Shown here: piece after piece, positions 55,701-64,000 of the stretch
How the letters are laid out: the number at the start of each line of letters is the position of its first letter
Position numbering within the stretch: position 1 is the stretch's first letter
Assembly: GCA_965221775.1 (NCBI GenBank)
Contig: CBDCSU010000006.1
Span: 672,001-736,000, forward strand
Direction: 5' to 3'
Length of the DNA: 64,000 nucleotides
Source: Candidatus Latescibacterota bacterium
GTDB taxonomy: Bacteria > Latescibacterota > UBA2968 > UBA8231
The notes under the pieces: generated by a model
Seen by the model: the letters and a program-made list of their open reading frames with translations, nothing else
Told to the model about the DNA's origin: nothing
Databases searched by the model: none
Position numbers and translations under genes: made by a program

Positions 55701-58020
55701 CGTCGCGGCGGGAACCTCCCTCCCTTCTCTGGACAATGAGACCGGCATAACCTCGGTGGCCTTCTCTCCGCAGGGCACGACCCTGGCCGTCGGCTCACTA
55801 GGTGAGATCAAGCTGTGGGACGTGGCGGCGGGGAGCATCGTCACCACCTTCGAGGTACGGACAGGCTGGATGGGCCACCTGGTCTTTTCCTCTGACGGGT
55901 CCACCCTTGCCTCGGCATCGTCGAACACGATCACCCTGTGGGACCTGGCGTCCGGGACAGAGCTCGCCACCGTCGATCACTCCACCGAGGTCTATCCCGT
56001 GGAGTTCTCTCCGGGCGATGCCTCCCTCGTCGTCAGGTCGTCGGACGGCGTCCTGCTCCTGGAGGTCTCCACCGCGAATCTCGCCCGCCTTCGGGGCCAT
56101 ACGCACGCGACCGGAGTCAATTCCGTGGCCTTTTCCCGGGATGGCGCCACCCTCGCCACCGGTTCGATCTTCGTTGCAAACGTGTGGGACATCGTCACCG
56201 GGAGAAGCGTGGCCACCGCCACTCATCCAGCCGAGGTCAGCGCCGTGGCCTTTTCCCCCGTTGACGACGTTCTCGCCTTTGGCTCCTATGACGACACAAT
56301 CAGGCTGTGGGATGTCGAGAGGCGCGGCGACATCGCCAGCCTCGCAGGAGGGTTCGACGGCGTCATCTCTCTGGCCTTCTCCCCGGACGGAGCTACTCTC
56401 GCCGCGGGATACCAGGAGGGCATCGTCAACCTGTGGGATGTGGCCAGGACCCAGGCCCGGCTTGCCCTCGAGGGACACATGAGCGGGGTGCGGTCCGTGG
56501 CCTTCTCCCCCGATGGCGCCACCCTCGCTACCGGCTCCGTGGACGAAACCCTCCGGCTGTGGGATGTGGAGACGGGGACGGAGACCGCCCTTCTCGAAGG
56601 CCACGACGGTTGGGTCAATTCCGTGGCCTTTTCCCGGGACGGAACCCTCGCCGCCGCATGGGGGCCCACCGTCCGGGTATGGGATGCGGGGACCTGGGAA
56701 GAGGCCGCCGATCCCATGAGGCTTGGGGGTTGGGGCTATGCCGTAGCCTTTTCCCCCGATGGCACCAAACTCGCCGCCGGTTCCGGGAACACCGTTCTGC
56801 TGAGAGAGACCGGGACCTGGAGATCGCTCGCTACCTTCGATGGGCACACGGAGAGGATCAATTCCCTGGCCTTCTCACCCCATGGCGCCACCCTTGCCAG
56901 CGGCTCCCGGGACGGCACCGTTCTGCTGTGGGACATCGCCCCGGAGCCCCAGGCTCTGAGGAGGGTTTCGGGCGACCGCCAGGAGGGGCTCCCGGGGGCG
57001 CTCCTGGCCGACTCCCTCGTCGTCGAGGTGCGCGACCAGTATGGGGACCTGCTGGAAGGGGCCCAGGTGAATTTCGCGGTGACCAGGGGAGATGGAACCT
57101 TGACCGCGGCTACCGTGATCACGGATTCCATGGGGAGGGCCGCCACCTTCCTGACCTTGGGGAGCCGACAAGGCCGCAACACCGTGACGGCAACCGTGGC
57201 GGACGTCTGGCCGGTGACTTTCCGGGCCACCGGGCTGCCCATTCCCGGGGCTCTGATCAGACTCTCCGGAGAGGAGCTGGAAGGGCCGGCCGGCTCCGCC
57301 CTGGCCGAACCGTTCGTCGTCGAGGTCAGAGACCAGGTCGGCTCCCCATTGGCAGGGGCCGTGGTCACCTTTTCCGTCACCGGCGGCGGAGGGACGCTCT
57401 CCGCTGCCACCGACACCACGGATGCCGACGGCCGGGCCGCCACCAACCTGACCCTGGGCGAGGAACTGGGGGCCAACTCCGTCGAGGCAACCGTAGCCGG
57501 ACTCGAGCCGGTGACCTTCACGGCCACGGCCAGGGCTACCCCCGACTTCGACGGCGACGGCGAGGTCGGCTTCGACGACTTCTTCCTCTTCGCCGAGGCC
57601 TGGGGAGACAGCGACCCCCGCTTCGACCTGGACGGCAGCGGCTCGGTGGACTTCGCCGACTTCTTCCTCTTCGCCGAGAGCTTCGCCCAGCCGGCGCGGG
57701 CCAAGCTCATGGCCCTCGCCCGCGAACGGATCGGACTTCCCGATGGCCCCCAGCTGGGTCAGAACTGGCCCAATCCCTTCAACAGCGAGACCGTCCTCTC
57801 CTGGTTCGTGCTGCAGCCGGGGCCGGCGCGCCTGGAGGTGTTCGCCCTCACCGGGCAGCGGGTCGCGGTCCTGGCCTCGGGACACCACGAGGCCGGCCTC
57901 CACCGCCTCCACTGGGACGGGCGCGACCACCAGGGACGGCCCCTGGCCAGCGGCACCTACCTCTACCGGCTGGTCACCGCCCAGGAGGTATGGGCGCGCA
58001 AGCTGGTCCTGATCCGCTGA
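52744..58020 (+). CDS. Secreted metzincin-like protease with WD40 propellers, 3 Ig-like domains, EF-hand/dockerin-like and FlgD-Ig domains (1758 aa)
   Basis: Start MKDQLR with signal peptide; AHELGHVFGLDH..YIMSY; ~20 AFSPDG..LA..LWD repeats; VVEV.DQ.G x3; DFDGDGEVGFDDF; NWPNPFNS. Confidence 0.87.
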   Translation: MKDQLRHRSRSLALAGLILAAIPAADASPPQSAGGHAPFSRVVYDGESGQAPSASKAAALKDWPQRTVRMIYFRPEDRPFRAEVVDSMKAAIVQIQAFFAQQMREHGHGDVTFQYETDAQGEPLVHRVVGEHADEHYIEQGGAVQEVSQAVLRGGRDIDLVVIDQSSPVLPSPSGGAGGLAFIGQVNRQPFGTALVPASAHWTTAAHELGHVFGLDHDFRDGTYIMSYGFQSPLRLSACSAGLLTVHPYFNPDVPGAPGPPTTTIDFTSPPGYRAGSSSHPVRLTVGGSAGLHQVLFVGATNPPHFAAGSLEVLGCRSYSGESAADVEFDYDGAVPSEPLTSLSDPVVHPLGVRAVDQYGRWVVEGFVVHQLSPLHIGSLEEPGAVSALAFAPVGTSVAAAGDPLFGLWDVQTRQMVASFGEAPAASVAFSPDGATLATAAYDGKVRLWDVSARTITSTLEGRSRFAASLAFSPDGATLAAVSSRSTVTLWDLETETETAVLSHDAPVSFVAFSPDGSTIATATWSPRVHLWDAAGTHLAVLAGHGEWTNGLTFSPDGATLAASGTDGLVKLWDVAARRDVADLEHRRIVRSMAFSPDGATLACASGYIVRLWDAGTRLRIDVLPDGQFAEAVDFSADGRTLVSGTRKGLELWDASEWLQPRPHGLVMISGDGQEGAPGAVLEDPLVVEVQDQYGVAMAGQPVVFTVAQGDGRLGGRFTMENTETDANGRAESRLTLAPGPGAVTVEARLFGSDPVVFGAAAIGEPPVGDGDPLKWHLPDRATARLGKGATGLGFGSPVAFTPDGQRFAVATSIGIWVYDSTTARELALIAGASATTLAFSADGTTLAAGAGGTIRLWDVASGESRASLRGHDSVWSVAFSPDGSMLASASGTMVKLWDVATRQNTATLDGLGGTVMFLHGGATVGVLGWDGILKLWDATSEPIRSLFEVQLGWGPSTSFPMTQMAFSPDGVTLAAGWGDTIRLWDVAAGTSLPSLDNETGITSVAFSPQGTTLAVGSLGEIKLWDVAAGSIVTTFEVRTGWMGHLVFSSDGSTLASASSNTITLWDLASGTELATVDHSTEVYPVEFSPGDASLVVRSSDGVLLLEVSTANLARLRGHTHATGVNSVAFSRDGATLATGSIFVANVWDIVTGRSVATATHPAEVSAVAFSPVDDVLAFGSYDDTIRLWDVERRGDIASLAGGFDGVISLAFSPDGATLAAGYQEGIVNLWDVARTQARLALEGHMSGVRSVAFSPDGATLATGSVDETLRLWDVETGTETALLEGHDGWVNSVAFSRDGTLAAAWGPTVRVWDAGTWEEAADPMRLGGWGYAVAFSPDGTKLAAGSGNTVLLRETGTWRSLATFDGHTERINSLAFSPHGATLASGSRDGTVLLWDIAPEPQALRRVSGDRQEGLPGALLADSLVVEVRDQYGDLLEGAQVNFAVTRGDGTLTAATVITDSMGRAATFLTLGSRQGRNTVTATVADVWPVTFRATGLPIPGALIRLSGEELEGPAGSALAEPFVVEVRDQVGSPLAGAVVTFSVTGGGGTLSAATDTTDADGRAATNLTLGEELGANSVEATVAGLEPVTFTATARATPDFDGDGEVGFDDFFLFAEAWGDSDPRFDLDGSGSVDFADFFLFAESFAQPARAKLMALARERIGLPDGPQLGQNWPNPFNSETVLSWFVLQPGPARLEVFALTGQRVAVLASGHHEAGLHRLHWDGRDHQGRPLASGTYLYRLVTAQEVWARKLVLIR
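53860..56940 (+). repeat. WD40 coding repeats in two blocks (~53860-54720 and ~55080-56940)
   Basis: Recurrent GCCTTCTCCCCCGATGGCGCCACCCTCGCC and CTGTGGGAC units. Confidence 0.85.
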
Positions 58021-58030
58021 GGAGCATCCC

Positions 58031-58939
58031 ATGGCAGGGATCGAACCCTTCGCCGTCTCCAACGAACTCCTGGAACACCCGGGCCGCCTTCAGGAGCGGG
58101 CACGCCAGGACGGCTACCTCTTCTTCCGGGGCCTGATCGACGCCGATTCCGTCCTCGGCCTGCGCCGCGACTTCCTGGAGATCTGCCACCGCCACGGATG
58201 GGCCCGGGGCGGCGGGGCGCTGATGGACGGCATCGCCGCCGGCGGCCCCTTCGTGGAGGGCGACGACGGCTACTGGCCGGTGCTGGACGAGTTCCAGCGC
58301 CTGGAATCGTTCCACGCCTTCGCCCACCACCCGGCGATCCTGGAAATGTGCGACACGCTCTTCGGCGAGAGGACGCTCGTCCATCCGCGCAACATCGGGC
58401 GGATCATGTTCCCGGCGAACGCCAGCTACACGACGCCGGCGCACCAGGATTACATCCATATCCGGGGAACGCCGGAAACGTATACCGCGTGGATCCCCCT
58501 CGGCGCCTGTCCACGGGAGCTGGGCGGACTTGCGGTGCTCGCGGGATCGCACAAGGGCGGGCTGTACCCGGTGGAGCCGGCCCTCGGCGCCGGCAAGGTC
58601 GGCATCGACACGGCGCCCCTGGAGGCGCAGGGACTGCGCTGGGCGGCGGCGGACTTCGCCATCGGCGATGCCCTGTTCTTTCACAGCCACGCCGTGCACA
58701 AGGCCCTGCCGAACCGCAGTCCCGACCGGATCCGCCTCTCGGTGGACTACCGCTACCAGGGTTCCTCGCAGCCGGTCACCGAGGGATCGCTGCTGCCGCA
58801 CTTCAACCGCATGGCCTGGGACGAGATCTATGCCGGCTGGCAATCGACGAAGCACCAGTACTACTGGAACGCCTTCGACCTCGACACCGTCCCGCACCCC
58901 GGAACATCCGCCGCGGCGCGGGCGTCGGCGAAGGGATGA
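58031..58939 (+). CDS. Phytanoyl-CoA dioxygenase family protein
   Basis: [38 protein letters not shown]. Confidence 0.88.
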   Translation: MAGIEPFAVSNELLEHPGRLQERARQDGYLFFRGLIDADSVLGLRRDFLEICHRHGWARGGGALMDGIAAGGPFVEGDDGYWPVLDEFQRLESFHAFAHHPAILEMCDTLFGERTLVHPRNIGRIMFPANASYTTPAHQDYIHIRGTPETYTAWIPLGACPRELGGLAVLAGSHKGGLYPVEPALGAGKVGIDTAPLEAQGLRWAAADFAIGDALFFHSHAVHKALPNRSPDRIRLSVDYRYQGSSQPVTEGSLLPHFNRMAWDEIYAGWQSTKHQYYWNAFDLDTVPHPGTSAAARASAKG

Positions 58940-58958
58940 CACAACAGGAGGCGATACG

Positions 58959-60017
58959 ATGAGACGGATCTTGATGGTGCTGCTGGCGGCGCTGCCGGCG
59001 GCCGCCGGCGCCGGGGAAACGGCCAGGGCCACCTTTGCCGGCGGCTGCTTCTGGTGCCTGGAGCCGCCCTTCGAGAAGCTGGAGGGGGTGAGTGCCGTCG
59101 TCTCCGGGTACATCGGCGGCCCGGAGTTGAACCCCACGTACCGCGAGGTGGCCGGGGGCAAGACCGGGCACCTCGAGGCGGTGCAGGTCACCTTCGACCC
59201 GGAGACGATCAGCTACGAGCGGCTCCTCGAGGTCTACTGGATGCAGTTCGACCCCACCGACGCCGGCGGCTCCTTCGTCGACCGCGGGCACCAGTACACC
59301 TCGGCGATCTTCGTCCACGACGAGGAGCAGCGGCGGCTGGCCGAAGCCTCGAAGTCGGACCTGGCCGCCTCGGGCCGCTTCGAGGACCCCATCGTCACCC
59401 CGGTGCGCGACGCCGACGTGTTCTACCCGGCCGAGGAGTACCACCAGGACTTCTACCGCAAGGACCCGTCCCACTACAAGCGCTACCGCTCCGGCTCCGG
59501 GCGCGACGAGTTCATCCGCGCCCACTGGGGCGGCGGCGGCGGGACCGGGACGCGCTACCTCAAGCCGCCGGAGAAGAAGCTGCGCCGCCGCCTGACCCGC
59601 CTCCAGTACGAGGTCACCCAGGAGGAGGGCACCGAGCCGCCCTTCCGCAACGAGTTCTGGGACAACAAGAAGGAGGGGATCTACGTCGACATCGTCTCCG
59701 GCGAGCCCCTCTTCCTCTCCGTCGACAAGTACGTCTCGGGCACCGGGTGGCCGAGCTTCACGCGCCCCCTGGTGGCGGAGAACATCGTCGAGAAGAGGGA
59801 CTTCAAGCTGTTCTACCCGCGCACCGAGGTGCGCAGCAAGCACGGCGACTCGCACCTGGGCCACCTCTTCGACGACGGACCCGAGCCCACGGGGCTGCGC
59901 TACTGCATCAACTCGGCGGCCCTGCGCTTCGTCCCGCGGGAGGAGATGGAGGCGGCCGGGTACGGCGAGTACCTCGCCCGCTTCGAGGCGAAGGCGCAGG
60001 CGGGAGAGAGCCCGTGA
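58959..60017 (+). CDS. msrAB: Exported bifunctional methionine sulfoxide reductase MsrA/MsrB
   Basis: Signal peptide; [15 protein letters not shown] (MsrA); [24 protein letters not shown] (MsrB). Confidence 0.95.
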   Translation: MRRILMVLLAALPAAAGAGETARATFAGGCFWCLEPPFEKLEGVSAVVSGYIGGPELNPTYREVAGGKTGHLEAVQVTFDPETISYERLLEVYWMQFDPTDAGGSFVDRGHQYTSAIFVHDEEQRRLAEASKSDLAASGRFEDPIVTPVRDADVFYPAEEYHQDFYRKDPSHYKRYRSGSGRDEFIRAHWGGGGGTGTRYLKPPEKKLRRRLTRLQYEVTQEEGTEPPFRNEFWDNKKEGIYVDIVSGEPLFLSVDKYVSGTGWPSFTRPLVAENIVEKRDFKLFYPRTEVRSKHGDSHLGHLFDDGPEPTGLRYCINSAALRFVPREEMEAAGYGEYLARFEAKAQAGESP

Positions 60018-60589
60018 CCCGGGACGAAGCCCTCGCCCTGATGCACGAGCACACGGCGTCGGAGCCCCTGCGCCGGCACATGTACGCCGTGGAGACCGCC
60101 ATGCGCGCCTGCGCCCGCCGCCTGGGCGAGGACGAGGAGGCCTGGGCCACCGTGGGCCTGCTCCACGACTTCGACTACGAGGCCCACCCCAACGAGGCGC
60201 GCTCCCCCACCGAGGGGCACCCGGCCTTCGGCGTGGCCCTGCTGCGCGAGCGCGGCTACCCCGAGCCCCTGTGCCGGGCGATCCTCGGACACGCCACCTA
60301 CAGCGGCGTGCCGCGGGACACGCCCGTGGCCCGGGCGCTGTTCGCCGTGGACGAGTTGTGCGGCTTCCTCGTGGCCTGCGCCCTCGTGCGGCCGTCGAAG
60401 AGCCTCGCCGACCTGGGCGTGCGCAGCGTCCGCAAGAAGCTCAAGGACCGCGGCTTCGCCCGCGCCGTCGACCGCGGCGAGATCCGCCAGGGGGCCGAGG
60501 AGTTCGGGGTGGATCTGGACGAGCACATCGACTTCGTCATCCAGGCGCTGCGTCCCGAGGAAGGGCGCCTGGGGCTCGGCCCCGGCTGA
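60014..60589 (+). CDS. HD-domain (HDIG) protein
   Basis: [42 protein letters not shown]. Confidence 0.85.
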   Translation: MTRDEALALMHEHTASEPLRRHMYAVETAMRACARRLGEDEEAWATVGLLHDFDYEAHPNEARSPTEGHPAFGVALLRERGYPEPLCRAILGHATYSGVPRDTPVARALFAVDELCGFLVACALVRPSKSLADLGVRSVRKKLKDRGFARAVDRGEIRQGAEEFGVDLDEHIDFVIQALRPEEGRLGLGPG

Positions 60590-60605
60590 AGCGGTGCCGA
60601 GCCCC
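60571..60605. terminator. Hairpin at the convergent HD gene / microprotein 3 junction
   Basis: GGGGCTCGGC..GCCGAGCCCC 10-bp stem. Confidence 0.4.
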
Positions 60606-60612
60606 TCGCTGA

Positions 60613-60696
60613 TCAGGCGCCGAAAAAGAACGGGCCGAGGAAGCAGACGACGATGGCGAAGGGAGCGGCGATCTCGGCGGGGCGGAAGGTCTGCAT
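60613..60696 (-). CDS. Hydrophobic microprotein 3 (27 aa) MQTFRPAEIAAPFAIVVCFLGPFFFGA
   Basis: AAGGAGG RBS 5 nt before ATG; sigma54 promoter 45 nt upstream; EIAAPFAIVVCFLG vs EIAIPVAISLCFAG of microprotein 1. Confidence 0.8.
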   Translation of the reverse strand: MQTFRPAEIAAPFAIVVCFLGPFFFGA

Positions 60697-60740
60697 GACA
60701 TCCTCCTTCGGAACGGTGGTGAGTTGTCGCCCTCACCACC

Positions 60741-60755
60741 GCAAGCGCCGTGCCA
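60741..60755 (-). promoter_or_regulatory. Sigma54 (-24/-12) promoter
   Basis: Minus strand TGGCACG-GCGC-TTGC. Confidence 0.88.
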
Positions 60756-60796
60756 GACCCGTTCTCCCGGGGACCGCTCCGGCCACGCGAGTCAGA

Positions 60797-60836
60797 GGTG
60801 GCCGTCTCCGCACACGGGTGTCCGTTGGCGGACGCC
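60797..60836. promoter_or_regulatory. Double-palindrome upstream activator sequence matching 44084-44124
   Basis: GGTG-N10-CAC followed by GGTGTCCG-TTGG-CGGACGCC. Confidence 0.68.
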
Positions 60837-60840
60837 CGCC

Positions 60841-61992
60841 TCAGGGCAGCGCCTCGATAAGCCGGCTCACGTCTTCCTGATTGTTGTAGACCGAGGGCGA
60901 CAGCCTCAGCTTGTCGCCGAAGCGCATGGCCACGTGCACGCCGGCCTCGCGGGTGCGCCGCACGGCCGCCTCCGGGTCGGGGGTGACGAAGGCGAGGATG
61001 GGGCTCTCGTTGCCGCGCGGCGTGATCGGCCGGTAACCCTTGGCGGGCAGCTCCTCCTGCAGGCGGTCGGTGAGGCCGCGCACGTGGCCGCGGATGTTCT
61101 CCACCCCCAGGTCGAGGATGTAGCGCAGGCTCTGCTGGGCGGCGATCACGCCCTCGTAGGAGGGATAGCTCACCTCCCAGGCCGTGGCGTCGTCCCGGGT
61201 CATGACGCTGACCTCGGGGCGCCCGCTCTCCGCGTCCCTCCAGGGCGGGTAGTTGAGGCGGACCGAGCCCGAGGGCTGCGACGCCTTGACCACCGTGTGC
61301 TGCAGGTCCCGCCGCACGTAGAGGAAGCCGAAGCCCTTCACCCCCATGAGCCACTTGAAGGTCGAGCAGGCGGCCATGTCGATGCCCATGGCGCCCACGT
61401 CGATGGGCACGGCGCCGACGGCCTGCATGATGTCGGCGTAGAGGTAGGCGCCGCGGGCGTGGGCCAGCTCGCTCAGGGCGGCCACGTCGGCAAGCAAGCC
61501 GTTGACGTTGGAGACCAGGGCCACCGAAACCAGCCGCGTGTCCTTGTCGATGGCGGCGGCCATGGCATCCATGTCGATGCGCCAGTCGCGGTTGCGCACG
61601 ATCCGCACCTCCAGGCCGGCGGCCTCCCTCACTTTGTAGTTGCAGAGGCATGCCGAGAAAGCCAGGTCGTTGGTAACGATGTTGCCGCCGGCGAGGTGAT
61701 CGGCCATGCCGTTGAGCACGTTGCTCTCGGCCTCCACGGTGCTGCGGGCGAAGGCGATCTCCCCCGGGTCGGCGTGGATCAGCCGCGCGAAGAGGTGGCG
61801 CGCCTCGTCGCGGGGCGGCGCCCAGTCCGGCCACCAGGGATCGCCCACGTTGTGGGTGACCCAGTCGACGTAGCGGTGCAGGGCCGCGGAGGTGTGGACG
61901 CTGACGGGGTGGGAGGAGGCGTTGTCGAAGTAGGCGGCGGTGCGCGCCCGGGGGAAGTCGGCGCGCACGCGATCGAAGTCGGGAGTGGTCAC
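60841..61992 (-). CDS. Class V PLP-dependent aminotransferase-fold enzyme
   Basis: YFDNAS, ADIMQAVGA, CSTFKWLMG (PLP Lys), RLSPSVYN. Confidence 0.85.
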   Translation of the reverse strand: MTTPDFDRVRADFPRARTAAYFDNASSHPVSVHTSAALHRYVDWVTHNVGDPWWPDWAPPRDEARHLFARLIHADPGEIAFARSTVEAESNVLNGMADHLAGGNIVTNDLAFSACLCNYKVREAAGLEVRIVRNRDWRIDMDAMAAAIDKDTRLVSVALVSNVNGLLADVAALSELAHARGAYLYADIMQAVGAVPIDVGAMGIDMAACSTFKWLMGVKGFGFLYVRRDLQHTVVKASQPSGSVRLNYPPWRDAESGRPEVSVMTRDDATAWEVSYPSYEGVIAAQQSLRYILDLGVENIRGHVRGLTDRLQEELPAKGYRPITPRGNESPILAFVTPDPEAAVRRTREAGVHVAMRFGDKLRLSPSVYNNQEDVSRLIEALP

Positions 61993-62048
61993 GGGATGGA
62001 CCTCCGGCGGGCCGGGGTTATCTTCCCCGCCGTCTCGGGGAGAGAGGT

Positions 62049-62810
62049 ATGCTGACAGAGGGACAGACAGAGAGCTTCCGGGAGGACGGGTTCCTCATCG
62101 TCCGCGGTCTGCTCGAGCCGGCGGAGGTGGAGGCGATGAAGGCCCGCGCCGAGCTGATCTCGCGCGGAGAGGCGGGCCACGTCGACCCCGCCTGGCTCCA
62201 GCTCGAGCCCGCGGTGGCCGCCGGCGAGGCCGAGGCCGGCGGCCGGGCCGACTCCCTGAGGAAGATGAGCCACGTCGCCTTCGTGGACGGCGTCTTCCGC
62301 ACCCACGCCCTGAACCCGCGCATCCTCGACTGCGTGGAGTCCCTCCTCGGCCGCGACATCAAGCTCTACCAGGACCAGCTGTTCATGAAGCCGCCCCGCA
62401 TCGGCTCGCGCCAGGCCTACCACCAGGACCAGCCCCTCGGCTTCCACGTCGACCCGCCCGACCGCATGGTCACGTGCTGGGCGGCGCTGGACGAGGCGAC
62501 GATCCCCAACGGCTGCCTGTGGATGCTGCCGGGCACGCACCGCCACGGCTGGATCGAGCAGGAGCGCTGGCGCGAGTTCGAGCGCCGCTCCCTCGCCGGC
62601 GAGCTGCCCGAGGAGCGGCCGGTGGAGCTGGCGCCCGGAGACTGCAGCTTCCACCACGGCCACATCCTCCACGGCAGCCGGCCGAACACCACCGGCCGGC
62701 GCCGCTGGGGCTACGCCACCCACTACGTCAGCGCCCACTGCCGCTTCACCGGCGAAGGCCGCAGCGACGCCATCCTCGCCCGGGGCCGCTCGATCCCCGG
62801 GTGCCTCTGA
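62049..62810 (+). CDS. Phytanoyl-CoA dioxygenase family protein
   Basis: FREDGFL, FMKPP, YHQD, W.ALD..NGCL..PGTH, LHGS.PN. Confidence 0.9.
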   Translation: MLTEGQTESFREDGFLIVRGLLEPAEVEAMKARAELISRGEAGHVDPAWLQLEPAVAAGEAEAGGRADSLRKMSHVAFVDGVFRTHALNPRILDCVESLLGRDIKLYQDQLFMKPPRIGSRQAYHQDQPLGFHVDPPDRMVTCWAALDEATIPNGCLWMLPGTHRHGWIEQERWREFERRSLAGELPEERPVELAPGDCSFHHGHILHGSRPNTTGRRRWGYATHYVSAHCRFTGEGRSDAILARGRSIPGCL

Positions 62811-62827
62811 AGCCCGCGGCAAGGAAC

Positions 62828-63253
62828 TCAAGGGGCGGCCTCCCCCGCCGCGTCCAGCAGCGCCTGCACCTCCGGCGTCAGGCGCGGCCTCCCGTCGATG
62901 ACGCCGGTCCCCTCCATGCGCGCCCGCACCACCGGCTCTTCCCCGGGCAGGCGGAAGATCTCCTGGTCGAAGATCCAGCGGACGCGCCCTCCGCGCCCCA
63001 GGCGCGAGCCCACGACGAAGCGGTCCCCCGACCTGAGCGGGGCCAGGTAGTCGACCTCGGACCGCATGAGCACGAGATCGCAGCCCTGCTCGTGGAGGCG
63101 CGCGAAATCGAGCCCCGTCTCCAGCAGGCAGCGGTGCCGGGCGTGCTCCAGGTAGTTGAGGTAGACCGCGTTGTTGACCACCCCCTGCAGGTCGCACTCG
63201 TAGTCCCGCACCTCGAGCTCGATCTCGAAGGGGTAGTCCCGGCGGCGGCTCAC
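62828..63253 (-). CDS. Acyl-CoA thioesterase (YbgC/4HBT hot-dog fold)
   Basis: VRDYECDLQGVVNNAVYLNYLEHAR, Y.APL.SGD. Confidence 0.9.
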   Translation of the reverse strand: MSRRRDYPFEIELEVRDYECDLQGVVNNAVYLNYLEHARHRCLLETGLDFARLHEQGCDLVLMRSEVDYLAPLRSGDRFVVGSRLGRGGRVRWIFDQEIFRLPGEEPVVRARMEGTGVIDGRPRLTPEVQALLDAAGEAAP

Positions 63254-63321
63254 GCGGGCTGTCTCACGGGGTGTTTTGCCGCCTCCGGCGACGGCCTATA
63301 CTCGACGGGAAAGGAGCGACC

Positions 63322-64000
63322 ATGATACGTATCTCCGTCTGGCACGGCGACCTCTCCGACAGCTACCTGCGGCTGGTGACACAGCTCGGGGCCGACTGCC
63401 TCGACTTCGGGCAGGGGAGCTTCTGGCCGGGGGTGAAGGAGCAGGGCTACCCGGACGCCGGGCAGGTGCGGGCCATCCGCCGCCGGGTCCGCGACTTCGG
63501 CCTCGACATCAACCGCGTCTCCCTGCCCGACATGACCGAGGAGTTCTTCTCCGGGGGCCCCGGCGCCGAGCGCGAGCTGGACAACAGCTGCCGGGCCCTG
63601 GAGGCCTTCGCCGAGGCCGGCGCGCCGATCGCCCGGCAGCGCGTCGCCGGCGACACCTTCCCGTGGATGATGAGCCGCTACCGCGCCGTGCACCGGGGCG
63701 GCTACCGCTCCCGGGGCGAGACCCTGGCGCGGGACCCCGAGCCGGCGCCGGACCGAGAGGCCCTGGACCGCTGGTGGGAGCGGTTCCTAGTCCTCTACGG
63801 GCGCCTCGTGCCGATCGCCGAGGAGCGCGGTATCCGGCTGGCCATGCATCCCTCGGACGTGCCCAACGTGGACACACCCTTCGGCGGACTCGGCTTCCAC
63901 CGCATCATCGACGCCTTCCCGTCGCGCCAGGTGGGCTACCTCTACTGCTGCGGCACCCGCGCCGAGGCCGGCGGCGGCTCCCTGGTCATGGACGAGATCC
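63322..64000 (+). CDS. Mannonate dehydratase (UxuA)-like protein, runs off the window end
   Basis: AAGGAG RBS; manual translation MIRISVW..QLG..HRGG..LVPIAEERGIRLAMHPSD..LYCCGT..E; missing from track because it has no stop in the window. Confidence 0.8.
   Translation, partial: MIRISVWHGDLSDSYLRLVTQLGADCLDFGQGSFWPGVKEQGYPDAGQVRAIRRRVRDFGLDINRVSLPDMTEEFFSGGPGAERELDNSCRALEAFAEAGAPIARQRVAGDTFPWMMSRYRAVHRGGYRSRGETLARDPEPAPDREALDRWWERFLVLYGRLVPIAEERGIRLAMHPSDVPNVDTPFGGLGFHRIIDAFPSRQVGYLYCCGTRAEAGGGSLVMDEI

Noticed and set aside
60841-61992. Assigning cysteine desulfurase (sufS/iscS)
   Set aside because: No catalytic Cys in the C-terminal RxGxHC/SSGSAC position.
1-64000. rRNA, tRNA, IS elements, prophage
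   Set aside because: No such signatures seen by eye; small or degenerate elements could have been missed.

Overview
Very GC-rich bacterial chromosomal window. Gene content (sulfatase, sialidase, 3 PhyH dioxygenases, 2 DHDPS-like, 2 aldo/keto reductases, UxuA-like, large secreted YWTD/WD40/BNR proteins with PNPFN/FlgD-Ig domains, an ankyrin pseudogene) suggests an FCB-group organism such as a Latescibacterota/Gemmatimonadota-like host-associated symbiont; this is an inference. I found no rRNA, tRNA, CRISPR array, transposase or integrase. A cobalamin riboswitch heads a B12 uptake/salvage operon (27.4-38.2 kb) that has been interrupted by a Fic gene, an unexplained palindrome-bearing spacer and a FitAB/VapBC module that truncates a cbiZ-like gene. 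The most novel-looking signal is not called as such by the ORF track: three related 27-39 aa hydrophobic microproteins (43868-43978 -, 44295-44414 +, 60613-60696 -) sharing a [ED][IL]AxPxA[IV]x[LV][CS][FY] motif. Each has a strong RBS and a near-perfect sigma54 -24/-12 promoter, and both loci carry a conserved double-palindrome enhancer at almost the same spacing, which points to a dispersed sigma54-controlled small-peptide regulon. All calls come from reading the sequence by eye; no database searches were run.
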